A stretch of DNA of 64,000 nt from Elusimicrobiales bacterium. Lineage in GTDB: Bacteria; Elusimicrobiota; Elusimicrobia; Elusimicrobiales; Elusimicrobiaceae. The notes beneath the pieces are model-generated. The model was not told the origin of the DNA and did no database searches. It saw only the letters and a program-made list of their open reading frames with translations. The position numbers were made by a program, and so were the translations under genes. The DNA is taken from the NCBI GenBank assembly GCA_028688475.1, contig JAQTYB010000002.1, positions 10,126 through 74,125 on the forward strand, read 5' to 3'. This document shows positions 24,199-32,653 of this stretch, piece by piece. Positions within the stretch are counted from its first letter, which is position 1. Every line of letters starts with the position of its first letter.

Positions 24199-25842
24199 AT
24201 GAAGATTGCGATTGCGCAGATAAATCCCAAAGCAGGCGACCTGCAAGGCAACTCCGCGAAGATTATCGAGTTCACGCGCCGGGCGGGCCAGGCCGGGGCG
24301 GAACTCGCTGTTTTCCCGGAATGCGCTCTTACCGGATATCCCGCGTGGGATTTGTGGGAGGACCGCAGTTTTATCGAGGCCAATCTTAAAACGCTGGACG
24401 CTGTAGCCGCCAAAACCGGCAAAACCGCCGCGCTGTTCGGCTATGTGGATTTCAACCGCGAGGCGGCGGGCAAACGGCTTTTAAACTGCGCCGCGCTGGC
24501 GCACGAGGGCAGGATAACCGCCCGCCGCGCCAAAACGCTTCTGCCCACCTACGACGTTTTCGACGAGGCCCGTTATTTCGAGTCCGCCGCCGAGAATCTG
24601 CCCGTGGAGTTCAACGGCAGGCGGCTGGGCGTCACGATTTGCGAAGACGTCTGGAACGAAGGCCTGCCGCGCAAATTTTACCGCAAGGACCCCGTGAACA
24701 GCCTCGTCAAAGCCGGGCTGGACGCGGTAATCAACCTTTCCGCCTCGCCGTTTTTCGAGGGCAAGGCGGAACTGCGGCGGCGGCTGATAGGCGCGCACGC
24801 AAAAAAAAGCGGCGTCCCGTTCATCTATTGCAACCAGACCGGCGGCAACGACGATTTGGTGTTCGACGGCGGCAGCTTCGCGGTGGACGCGCATGGCGCG
24901 CTGCTGGCCCGCGCAAAACCGTTCGCGGAGGAATTGCTGCCGGTGGATACCGCCGCCGCGTCGCTGGCGCGGGACAGCCAGGCCCTGCCCGACGAGGAAC
25001 TGTTCCTCGCGCTCACCACGGGGATACGCGATTATCTCTCAAAATGCGGCATCAAAAAAGCCGTGCTTGGGCTCAGCGGCGGCGTTGACTCGGCGGTGGT
25101 CTGCGCGCTGGCGGCGCGCGCAATCGGCGGCGGGAATGTTACCGGAGTGTCGCTGCCGTCTCAATATACCTCGCCCGAAAGCCGCCGCGACGCGGCGGAA
25201 CTGGCGCGCAAGCTGGGCGTGAAATTCCACGAAATCCCGATAACGCCGGTCTTCGGGGAATACACGAAGGCGCTGGCGACGGTTTTCGCCGGACGCAAGC
25301 CCGACGCCACCGAGGAAAATATTCAGGCCCGCATTCGCGGCGGCATTCTGATGGCGCTTTCAAACAAGTCCGGCGCGCTGCTGCTGAGCACCGGAAACAA
25401 AAGCGAAATCGCCGTCGGATATTGCACGCTTTACGGCGATATGTGCGGCGGACTTGCGCCGCTTGCCGACGTGGTGAAAACGCGGGTTTACGCGCTGGCG
25501 CGTTATATCAACGAGCGATTCGGCGGCCCTATCCCGGAATATACGCTTACCCGCCCGCCAAGCGCGGAGCTGCGCCCCGGCCAGACCGACCAGGACGAGC
25601 TGCCGCCGTACGATATTCTCGACTCAATCGTGAAAGCGTATGTGGAGGAAGGCAAAACGCATAAAGAGATAGCCGCGCTGGGCATAGAGGCCGCGCTGGT
25701 TTTGAAAATCCTCGACAAAATAGATTGCAGCGAGTTCAAGCGCAAACAGGCGGCAATCGGCATAAAGGTTACGCCCAAAGCTTTCGGCGGCGGGCGGCGG
25801 ATGCCGGTGGCGCGCGGCAATCATCGAACGGAAAAACCATGA
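24199..25842 (+). CDS. nadE: glutamine-dependent NAD+ synthetase
   Basis: 547-aa ORF with an N-terminal nitrilase/CN-hydrolase domain (MKIAIAQINP..., FPECALTGYP) and a C-terminal NAD synthetase domain (GLSGGVDSAV P-loop). Confidence 0.9.
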   Translation: MKIAIAQINPKAGDLQGNSAKIIEFTRRAGQAGAELAVFPECALTGYPAWDLWEDRSFIEANLKTLDAVAAKTGKTAALFGYVDFNREAAGKRLLNCAALAHEGRITARRAKTLLPTYDVFDEARYFESAAENLPVEFNGRRLGVTICEDVWNEGLPRKFYRKDPVNSLVKAGLDAVINLSASPFFEGKAELRRRLIGAHAKKSGVPFIYCNQTGGNDDLVFDGGSFAVDAHGALLARAKPFAEELLPVDTAAASLARDSQALPDEELFLALTTGIRDYLSKCGIKKAVLGLSGGVDSAVVCALAARAIGGGNVTGVSLPSQYTSPESRRDAAELARKLGVKFHEIPITPVFGEYTKALATVFAGRKPDATEENIQARIRGGILMALSNKSGALLLSTGNKSEIAVGYCTLYGDMCGGLAPLADVVKTRVYALARYINERFGGPIPEYTLTRPPSAELRPGQTDQDELPPYDILDSIVKAYVEEGKTHKEIAALGIEAALVLKILDKIDCSEFKRKQAAIGIKVTPKAFGGGRRMPVARGNHRTEKP

Positions 25843-27194
25843 GGCATCTCGCGGCGGCGGTTTTACTTTTTTTGACGGCAACAGCCTGTCGGGCGGCAGG
25901 GTCTTTCGACTTTTCAAAGCCCACGCAGTTCTCGCCGCCGATACTGAGCGAGCAGAACAATTTGAAGGAGAAAATCACCGCCCCGCTGCTCGCGCCGGAA
26001 AAAACGCCCGCCAAACAGAATTTCGCCGAAAAATTTTTCAGCAAAATCGTAATCCCGCTGCGGCGCGGGCCGTTGCTGCTTTTGCCGGTGCTCGACTCCA
26101 GCAAGGACCTCGGCCCGAACTACGGCGTCATGCCGATATGGGCGCTGCGCGACGACAAGCGCAAGGCCATCTCCTCGGTGCTGGCGCCTTCGCTGAACTA
26201 CAACGAATACCTGCGCACCACGCTGACCTACCGCCACTACTTTTTCCCGGACGACAAGCAGCTCTGGGTCATTCGCGGCTCCTGGTCCGCCGTGGTGCAG
26301 CGCGAGCTTTTTTTGCGTTACAACAACCCCGAATTTCTGGGCACGCAGTGGCGCGTCAACGCCGAGTTCCGCCACTGGGTCAACGGCAAGGCGTCGTTTT
26401 ACGGCATCGGCCCGGAGACGGCGCGGGGGGACCAGGCCACTTTCGCGCTTAACATGACCGGCGAGGAATTCACCGTCAGCATGCCGATGAAGCGCAACCT
26501 TTATCTGGATTTCACGCATTCCTATTACCAGTATATGACGGCGGAAGGCCCGGTGCCAGGCGTGCCGCAGCTCAAAGACAAATACCCCGGCATTTTCGAC
26601 ACGACCTCAGTGGCCAAAAATTTCATGGTGCACCGCCTCGCGCTTTTCTACGACAACACGGACCATCCCGTCATCCCCAAAAACGGCACTTACGCCGGAA
26701 TTTCAGCCGCCGCGTCGCGCAACGGCCTGGCAAGCGATTACACCTACAACACCTATACCGCCGAGTTCAAGCACTACTGCAACTATAAGCAGCAGGACCA
26801 TTTCGTCACCGCGCTGCACGGCATGATTCAGGATATGCGCGGGCATGACACCGTGCCTTTTTACGCCATGCCCGTGCTCGGCGAAAGCACCGGCCTGCGC
26901 TCCGTCGGCGACGGGCGCTACGTGGGCGGCGGAAAAGTGGTTTTCAACATCGAGGAGCGCATCACGCCGTGGCGCATTCCGGTGCTGAACTTTTTCAGCG
27001 AGTTCGAGTTCACGCCGTTTCTGGACATGGGGCAGGTGTTCGGCACGCTTGACGATATCCAGCAGAAACAGTTCCAGTTCGGCTACGGCATGGCGTTTCG
27101 CGTAGTGATACGTCCGCAGGTGGTGGCCACCGCCGACCTCGCCTACGGACGGGAAGGCCCCAACATAATCATCCACGTCGGCTATCCGTTTTGA
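25839..27194 (+). CDS. Omp85/surface-antigen (D15) family outer-membrane beta-barrel protein
   Basis: ORF 25725-27194 trimmed to ATG 25839, which overlaps the nadE stop (ATGA). It has a signal peptide (MRHLAAAVLLFLTATACRAAG) and alternating beta-strand patterns, and ends ...IIIHVGYPF (C-terminal aromatic residue). Confidence 0.7.
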   Translation: MRHLAAAVLLFLTATACRAAGSFDFSKPTQFSPPILSEQNNLKEKITAPLLAPEKTPAKQNFAEKFFSKIVIPLRRGPLLLLPVLDSSKDLGPNYGVMPIWALRDDKRKAISSVLAPSLNYNEYLRTTLTYRHYFFPDDKQLWVIRGSWSAVVQRELFLRYNNPEFLGTQWRVNAEFRHWVNGKASFYGIGPETARGDQATFALNMTGEEFTVSMPMKRNLYLDFTHSYYQYMTAEGPVPGVPQLKDKYPGIFDTTSVAKNFMVHRLALFYDNTDHPVIPKNGTYAGISAAASRNGLASDYTYNTYTAEFKHYCNYKQQDHFVTALHGMIQDMRGHDTVPFYAMPVLGESTGLRSVGDGRYVGGGKVVFNIEERITPWRIPVLNFFSEFEFTPFLDMGQVFGTLDDIQQKQFQFGYGMAFRVVIRPQVVATADLAYGREGPNIIIHVGYPF

Positions 27195-27224
27195 TAGAAT
27201 CTTGAAAACGGCAAAGGAGAAAAT

Positions 27225-28109
27225 ATGCATATCCCCGAATCAATGATGCACGGGCGCGTCTGCCCGGTGACAGCGACGCTGAGCGCCACGTTTCTGGCGG
27301 CGACGGCGTATGCCGCCTGTAAAGTCAAGGACAAGCCCGCGCCCGCGCGGTTCGCCTCCGTCTCCGCCTTTATTTTCGCGGCGCAGATGCTCAATTTTCC
27401 CGTCGCGCACGGCACGTCGGGGCATTTCCTCGGCGGCGTTTTCGCGGCGGCGCTGCTGGGAATTCCGCACGGCATAATAGCGGTGTCGCTGGTTGTGTCG
27501 GCGCAGGCGCTGCTGTTTGCCGACGGCGGGCTTTCAGTCCTCGGAGCGAATATTTTGAATATGGCGCTTGTCGGCGCGGGCATGGGCGGACTGCTGCGGC
27601 ATTATTTCGCAAAACGCGGCGCGGGTTCGGCGACGGCAACCGCGGCGGCGGCGTGGCTTTGCGTCATGCTGGCGGCGCTTTTCTGCTCGGCGGAGCTGGC
27701 GTTGTCCGGCGCGGCGCGCTTTGCGCAAACGGCGGGGGCCATGCTTTTCGCGCACGCGCTGACCGGCGCGGTTGAAGCCGCAATCACGGTGGCCGCGGTG
27801 AAAGCGTTCGCCGGCAATCGCATGGTTTCCAAAACCTCCTGCGCGCCGGCGGCTGCGGCGACCGCGGCGCTGCTCATGCTGGCGCCGTTCGCCAGCCAGT
27901 TGCCCGACGGGCTGGAAAGTGCGGCGCGGCAGTACGGTTTTCTAAAGGAAGCGCAGCCGTTGTTTGCCTCGCCGCTTGCGAACTATTCGTTCCCCGCCAT
28001 GTCAAACCCGCAGATTGCCGCAGCTATGGCCGGAGCAGCAGGCGCGGCGGCGGTTTTTGCCGCATCCTATATGGCGGCAAGGCTTATCGCCGGAAAACAA
28101 GCCGCTTGA
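27225..28109 (+). CDS. cbiM: ECF-type Co/Ni transporter substrate component CbiM fused to a PDGLE domain
   Basis: The N-terminus MHIPESMMHG, AAQMLNFPVAHGTSGHFLGG and the C-terminal LPDGLES motif are present. No cbiQ or cbiO is adjacent. Confidence 0.7.
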   Translation: MHIPESMMHGRVCPVTATLSATFLAATAYAACKVKDKPAPARFASVSAFIFAAQMLNFPVAHGTSGHFLGGVFAAALLGIPHGIIAVSLVVSAQALLFADGGLSVLGANILNMALVGAGMGGLLRHYFAKRGAGSATATAAAAWLCVMLAALFCSAELALSGAARFAQTAGAMLFAHALTGAVEAAITVAAVKAFAGNRMVSKTSCAPAAAATAALLMLAPFASQLPDGLESAARQYGFLKEAQPLFASPLANYSFPAMSNPQIAAAMAGAAGAAAVFAASYMAARLIAGKQAA

Positions 28110-28128
28110 GTTATTACCGAAACAAAAA

Positions 28129-28156
28129 AGCCCCCGCAACGGACGGGGGCTTTTTA
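28129..28156 (+). terminator. rho-independent terminator after cbiM
   Basis: Stem AGCCCCCG, loop CAACGGA, stem CGGGGGCT, followed by TTTTTAT. Confidence 0.8.
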
Positions 28157-28244
28157 TATGACAATCCGCTCGGCGCCGCAAGGCCTATCAGAATAATTTT
28201 TGCCGAAAGAATTATTAGGGAAAAGTCTGATATCCGCAGTTATG

Positions 28245-28279
28245 AAACAACCCCATGCAAGTTTTGCATGGGGTTGTTT
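28245..28279. terminator. perfect 16-bp hairpin AAACAACCCCATGCAA-GTT-TTGCATGGGGTTGTTT
   Basis: Read directly. It sits just downstream of the small minus-strand ORF at 28299-28466 and is probably its terminator. Confidence 0.5.
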
Positions 28280-28298
28280 GCTGGAATTGGAGCGGGGG

Positions 28299-28466
28299 CT
28301 ATTTTTCTCCGATCATAACTTCGCCGATTAGCTCGCCCTTGTCGTCAAGCAGTTCATCCGGCGGGTTCCAGCGCGCGAGGTCGTCGGCCAGCCGATGCAG
28401 CGATTTCACTATGGACGGCATCGGGTCCGGCGTGTTGGGCACTTTGTAGATTATGCGTATTTCCAT
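28299..28466 (-). CDS. small hypothetical protein (55 aa), divergent from the XRE gene
   Basis: My own translation (the ORF is too short for the supplied track): MEIRIIYKVPNTPDPMPSIVKSLHRLADDLARWNPPDELLDDKGELIGEVMIGEK*. It lies in the A/T-rich islet. No recognised family. Confidence 0.35.
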   Translation of the reverse strand: MEIRIIYKVPNTPDPMPSIVKSLHRLADDLARWNPPDELLDDKGELIGEVMIGEK

Positions 28467-28615
28467 ACGGAGTCCGCAGTTTGTGAGGTGCGCTGCCGCA
28501 AAAAAATGAGCGGAACTTTGCGTTTCCTGACACTGATAGTTTACCGTCTTTTATCCTTAAAGTCAATAAATATATTTTTTCCCTAATGGACATGTGAGGA
28601 GACCGTCGCATATTT

Positions 28616-28621
28616 TATAAT
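28616..28621 (+). promoter_or_regulatory. consensus -10 hexamer TATAAT 8 nt upstream of the XRE start codon
   Basis: Read directly. There is no SD, which implies a leaderless transcript, as is known for some phage-type repressors. Confidence 0.35.
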
Positions 28622-28629
28622 CGCTCATT

Positions 28630-28980
28630 ATGGACACGGACATATACTGCACGCTGGCAAAACAACTGCGCGTGAGGCGGCTGAAAGCCAAGCTGACGCT
28701 GGAAAAAGTTTCCGAGCTTGCGGACATCAGCACCAGTTTTCTAGCTTATATCGAGACGGGCCGGAAAAAGCCCAGCCTTGCGACCGTGGGAAAACTTGCT
28801 TGCGCGTTGAACGTGTCCGTGGCGGAATTGTTCGATGACAGGGCCGTCTCAGGCATCCCCGACAGCAACCAGAAAGACGTGGGCAAAATTTTGAAATTGC
28901 TGCGCGGGAAAAACCAGGCGGAAACTCAAACCATAATAGCCATGGTGGCGACGCTGGCCCGAAAATTTCCCCTGAAATGA
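28630..28980 (+). CDS. XRE-family helix-turn-helix transcriptional regulator
   Basis: 116-aa ORF with a typical HTH_3 region: LRVRRLKAKLTLEKVSELADISTSFLAYIETGRKKPSLATVGKLACALNVSVAELF. Confidence 0.85.
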   Translation: MDTDIYCTLAKQLRVRRLKAKLTLEKVSELADISTSFLAYIETGRKKPSLATVGKLACALNVSVAELFDDRAVSGIPDSNQKDVGKILKLLRGKNQAETQTIIAMVATLARKFPLK

Positions 28981-29036
28981 TTGTGAGTCTCAATACTCGT
29001 CTCCTCCATTCCCGCCGGCAGTCAAAAGACCATAGT

Positions 29037-29224
29037 CTGTGTCATTAAAAACAGCAAAATAACGGCGGGCGCCATTTTAGCCACGAAACACACTAAACAC
29101 ACGAAAAACAGGGATGGGGGGGGATGACAAAAAAACAACCCGTTCCCTGTGCCCCTTTCGTGTATTTCGTGTGTTTCGTGGCTAAAATGCAGCCCTTTGT
29201 GGTCTTGTTGTTTTTATGACACGG
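29037..29224. repeat. ~190-bp imperfect palindromic (MITE/REP-like) element
   Basis: The left arm (CTGTGTCATTAAAAACAGCAA...CATTTTAGCCACGAAACACAC...ACAGGGA) pairs with the right arm (TCCCTGT...GTGTGTTTCGTGGCTAAAATG...TTGTTGTTTTTATGACACGG). There is a 21-bp perfect core, and the loop contains a G8 run (29116-29123) and an A7 run. Confidence 0.6.
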
Positions 29225-29329
29225 TTAAGAATAGGCAAGCTGCTGAAATTGTTGAGCGGGAGAACTCCTGCGCAAACCCGGGTCATAATCGCCATGGTGG
29301 AGACTCTGTCCAGAAAGTTCCAGTGGTGA
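29216..29329 (+). pseudogene. remnant of a second XRE-family gene (C-terminal tail only)
   Basis: Translation MTRLRIGKLLKLLSGRTPAQTRVIIAMVETLSRKFQW* aligns with the C-terminus of the intact XRE protein (VGKILKLLRGKNQAETQTIIAMVATLARKFPLK*). The HTH part is missing. Confidence 0.45.
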
Positions 29330-29337
29330 GAACGATT

Positions 29338-29387
29338 GCCCGCAAATAAAAAACCTCCGCAACTGCGGAGGTTTTTTATTTGCGGGC
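29338..29387. terminator. 50-nt perfect hairpin (23-bp stem), bidirectional terminator between the islet and glyS
   Basis: GCCCGCAAATAAAAAACCTCCGC-AACT-GCGGAGGTTTTTTATTTGCGGGC, with A/T tracts on both sides of the G/C core. Confidence 0.8.
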
Positions 29388-29389
29388 AG

Positions 29390-31591
29390 CTACTGAAGCT
29401 GGCTCAAATCGGCCACGGAACCTAGCAGGACGTGCAATTCTTTCAGCAACGCCAGCCGGTTGGCGCGGATTTCAGGGGCAGGGTCCATGACCATTACCGC
29501 GTCGAAAAAACTGTCCAGCTGCGGTTTCAGCGAGGCCATTTCCAGCAGGCAGGATTCGTAATCCGGCTGCGCGGCGCGCAGGTGGCTGAGGAAGGGGAAA
29601 ACCCTGGCGCGGACGGTTTTCAGCGCGCAATAAAGCTCGCCTTCCTGTTTCGCGGCGAAGGCCGCCTCGGAAATTTCGGCGGCGATTTCAACCTTGTCCT
29701 CGGCGGCTTTGCGCAGTATGTTGGCCACGCGCTTGTAGGAAACCGCCACCGCCGCGAAATCCGGATTTTTGCGCACGTTGTGCAGCGCGGCCGCGCGCGC
29801 GAAAATTTCGGACAAAGACAACGGGCGGGCAAGCCGTCCGCCGTCGAATTGCGCTTTGCGCACGGCGCGCACGGTGTCGAAACCGAAGCCTTTTTCCGCC
29901 AGTATCGTCTCGGCGCGGGACCAGACGAATTCCTCCACGCCGCGCGTCACGCGGTCCTTGTCCAGCGGGTTCGCGCAGGCGTTTTCCGGGGCGCAATCGT
30001 CGCGGCGCAATATATTGATGCGGCGGGTTACGTCTCCGCTCTTGAAATCCGGCGGCAGCGAATCATAGGCGCAGCCGGCGAGTTCGCTTACTGAAAGCGG
30101 CAGTCCCTTCTCCATCAGTATGCGCACCGCGCCGGCGGCCAGGCGGCGCAGGGCGTGCGGGTCCTCGCTGCCGGTGGGGACCATATCCACCGCGAAGTCG
30201 CCGACGAGGGTGTCTATTTTGCCGGCGAGGGAGACTATCGCGCCCTCGGGCGTGGCGGGCAGCCCGCTTTTGGCGGTGAGCGGGAAATAGAATTCCTTTA
30301 TCGCCAGCGCGGCGCGCGGGGACTCGCCCGCGCGCGCGGCGTATTCTCCGCCCATATGGCCCTGCAATTCGGGAAACTCGCGCACCACTTCGCTGGTGAG
30401 GTCGGCATAGGCCAGTTGCGACGCGCGGGAGACCACGGCTTCGTCCACGTGCATGTCCTGGCGGATGCGCTCGCATATCCATTTGGCGATATGCTCCACC
30501 CGCGCGGATTTCAGGTACATGCTGCCCAGCTTTTCGTGGAACAGGACGCCGTTTAGCCTGCCGCGCATGTCGTCGAGCGAATGCGCCAAATCCTTCTCGA
30601 AGAAAAACACCGCGTCGGAAAGGCGCGCTTCCACCACCGACTCGAATCCCTGGCGCACCTCGTCCTGGTTCTCGCTCGTGCCGTCGCGCACGGCGATGAA
30701 ATGCGGCTCCAGTTCGTCTTGCGCGTTGAGGACGGGGAAAAACTTGAGCTGGCGTTTCAGCACGGTGATTATCAGCTCCGGCGGCAGCTTCATAAAGCGC
30801 AGCGAGAGTCCGCCCGTCACCGCCACGGGGTTTTCGGCGAGATAAACCGTTTCTTCCAGCAGCGCCTCATCGAGCGCCGGCTTTGCGCCCAGCCGCGCCG
30901 CCGCCGAGGCCACCGCCGAGACAAGCGCCTTGCGCCGGTCTTCGGGCTCCGCCAGCACGCCTTCGCCGCGCAGCGCGCCGATATACTCCTCCGCCGAGGA
31001 GACGGAAACAGGTTTCGAGCCGGTCATCTGCCGCGCGGCGGTTTTTTTGCCGGATTTCACGCCCGCCAGTTCGAAGGGGACGTTTCTGTCCCCGTTCAGG
31101 GCGAGAAAACCCCGTATCGGGCGCGCGAAACGGAACTGCGTTTCTTCCCACGTCATCGTTTTGGGAAATTGCAGCGAGGAGACCAGTTTGGGGAAAACCG
31201 CGGCTAAAATATCATTGGCGGGTTCGCCTTTGATGATTTTTTTCGCGGCAAGCACCGCGCCTTTGGCGGAATCGGCAATGTAAAGCTTGTCCGGCGTGAG
31301 GCCGTGCTTGGCGGCAAAGCCCGTGCTCTGCGGCGTGTATTTGCCGTCCGCGGTCTTCCATTTCGACGCGGCGGGACCCAGCGATTCGGTTTCCATGTCC
31401 GGCGAGGCGGTTTCGAGGCCCTCTATTATAAGGGCAAGGCGGCGGTGGGTGCCGGCGGCGCGCAGGCCGGAAAACCCGATGCGTTTCTCCGCCAGCAGTT
31501 TGCGCGCGTTTTCCTCAAGCTGAGAAAGCGCGGATTTGACAAACCGCGCGGGCAGGTGCTCCACTCCTATTTCCAAAAGCGCGTTGCTCAT
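29390..31591 (-). CDS. glyS: glycine--tRNA ligase beta subunit
   Basis: ORF 29390-31774 trimmed to ATG 31591 ([17 protein letters not shown], the typical GlyS N-terminus), which overlaps the glyQ stop (ATGA). Confidence 0.9.
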   Translation of the reverse strand: MSNALLEIGVEHLPARFVKSALSQLEENARKLLAEKRIGFSGLRAAGTHRRLALIIEGLETASPDMETESLGPAASKWKTADGKYTPQSTGFAAKHGLTPDKLYIADSAKGAVLAAKKIIKGEPANDILAAVFPKLVSSLQFPKTMTWEETQFRFARPIRGFLALNGDRNVPFELAGVKSGKKTAARQMTGSKPVSVSSAEEYIGALRGEGVLAEPEDRRKALVSAVASAAARLGAKPALDEALLEETVYLAENPVAVTGGLSLRFMKLPPELIITVLKRQLKFFPVLNAQDELEPHFIAVRDGTSENQDEVRQGFESVVEARLSDAVFFFEKDLAHSLDDMRGRLNGVLFHEKLGSMYLKSARVEHIAKWICERIRQDMHVDEAVVSRASQLAYADLTSEVVREFPELQGHMGGEYAARAGESPRAALAIKEFYFPLTAKSGLPATPEGAIVSLAGKIDTLVGDFAVDMVPTGSEDPHALRRLAAGAVRILMEKGLPLSVSELAGCAYDSLPPDFKSGDVTRRINILRRDDCAPENACANPLDKDRVTRGVEEFVWSRAETILAEKGFGFDTVRAVRKAQFDGGRLARPLSLSEIFARAAALHNVRKNPDFAAVAVSYKRVANILRKAAEDKVEIAAEISEAAFAAKQEGELYCALKTVRARVFPFLSHLRAAQPDYESCLLEMASLKPQLDSFFDAVMVMDPAPEIRANRLALLKELHVLLGSVADLSQLQ

Positions 31592-32487
31592 TGTTTCACT
31601 CCCGAAAGCCTGTTTGGCGGCGCCGCGTCTTCTTTTTTCTCCGGCGGCTCGACGGCTTCGACGTATTTTACCGCGCATTTGCGCGCCAGCGCGCGCACAC
31701 GCCCGATAAGCTGGGTGCGTTCCGTGACGGAAATCGCGCCGCGCGCGTCGAGCAGGTTGAAATAGTGGGAGCATTTCATCGCCGCGTCGTAGGCGGGGAG
31801 ATAAAGCCCCTTGCCGGCGAGCTCGGCGCTTTCTTTCTCGTAATCGCCGAAATAGCGGCGCAGATTGTCGGCGTTGGTCTCCTCGAAATTGTAGCGGGAG
31901 AACTGGCGCTCCTGCTCAAGGTGCGTGTCGCCGTAGCTGACGGAACCGTTCCACGAAATATCGTACACGTTGCGCTTTTTCTGGCTGTACATCGCTATGC
32001 GCTCGAGGCCGTAGGTGATTTCCACGGTAATCGGTTTCAACGCAAACCCCGACATCTGCTGGAAATAGGTGAACTGCGTTATCTCCATCCCGTCGAGCCA
32101 GACCTCCCAGCCCACGCCGGACGCGCCGAGGGTGGGCGACTCCCAGTCGTCCTCAATCCAGCGCACGTCGTGCAGGTTGGGGTCGAGGCCGAGGGCTTTC
32201 AGGGAATTGAGATAAAGCGTCTGCGTGTCCGCCGGGGCGGGTTTCATGATTACCTGAAACTGGTAATACTTGCCGAGGCGGTTGGGATTGTCGCCGTAGC
32301 GCCCGTCGGCGGGGCGGCGGCAGGGTTCGACATAGGCCGCGTTCGCCGGTTTTGACGTGAGCGAGCCGAAAAACGTCGCAGGGTTGAAGGTGCCCGCGCC
32401 TTTTTCGATGTCGTAGGGCTGTATGACGCAGCAACCCTGTTTTTTCCAGTATTCGCAAAGGGTGGAGATGATGTCCTGAAAATGCAT
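31588..32487 (-). CDS. glyQ: glycine--tRNA ligase alpha subunit
   Basis: ORF trimmed to ATG 32487 ([36 protein letters not shown], the typical GlyQ N-terminus). Confidence 0.92.
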   Translation of the reverse strand: MHFQDIISTLCEYWKKQGCCVIQPYDIEKGAGTFNPATFFGSLTSKPANAAYVEPCRRPADGRYGDNPNRLGKYYQFQVIMKPAPADTQTLYLNSLKALGLDPNLHDVRWIEDDWESPTLGASGVGWEVWLDGMEITQFTYFQQMSGFALKPITVEITYGLERIAMYSQKKRNVYDISWNGSVSYGDTHLEQERQFSRYNFEETNADNLRRYFGDYEKESAELAGKGLYLPAYDAAMKCSHYFNLLDARGAISVTERTQLIGRVRALARKCAVKYVEAVEPPEKKEDAAPPNRLSGVKQ

Positions 32488-32653
32488 TTGAGAGTCCGTT
32501 TGGCACGCTTGAGAAATAGCGCAGCACGACGCGCCTGATTCATTCAATCAAAAATGGTGGAACGCTTTCAAACCGAACGCCGATTCTCAAGCGGCTTTTG
32601 TTTGCTACAATAATGCTTGTTCGGAGTGCATATCCGCGTCAAGGAGTTGAATC

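Noticed and set aside
29149-29349. 66-aa + strand ORF in the islet. Other small ORFs occur at 28255-28449, 28354-28611 and 28395-28586.
   Set aside because: The 66-aa ORF starts inside the palindromic element and reads the XRE-tail remnant out of frame. The others cross hairpins and promoter DNA and lack SD sites. None has a plausible protein sequence.
29390-31774. N-terminally extended versions of several ORFs as given in the track (1546, 10410, 16561, 21582, 25725, 31774, 32547, 37164, 39472, 41485, 41676, 43225, 44936, 46021, 47911, 62373).
   Set aside because: In each case an internal start gives a canonical N-terminus, signal peptide or SD site. It also removes an overlap with the upstream gene, often producing ATGA or TGATG coupling. 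The extra N-terminal residues are Arg/Pro-rich and look like read-through of upstream sequence.
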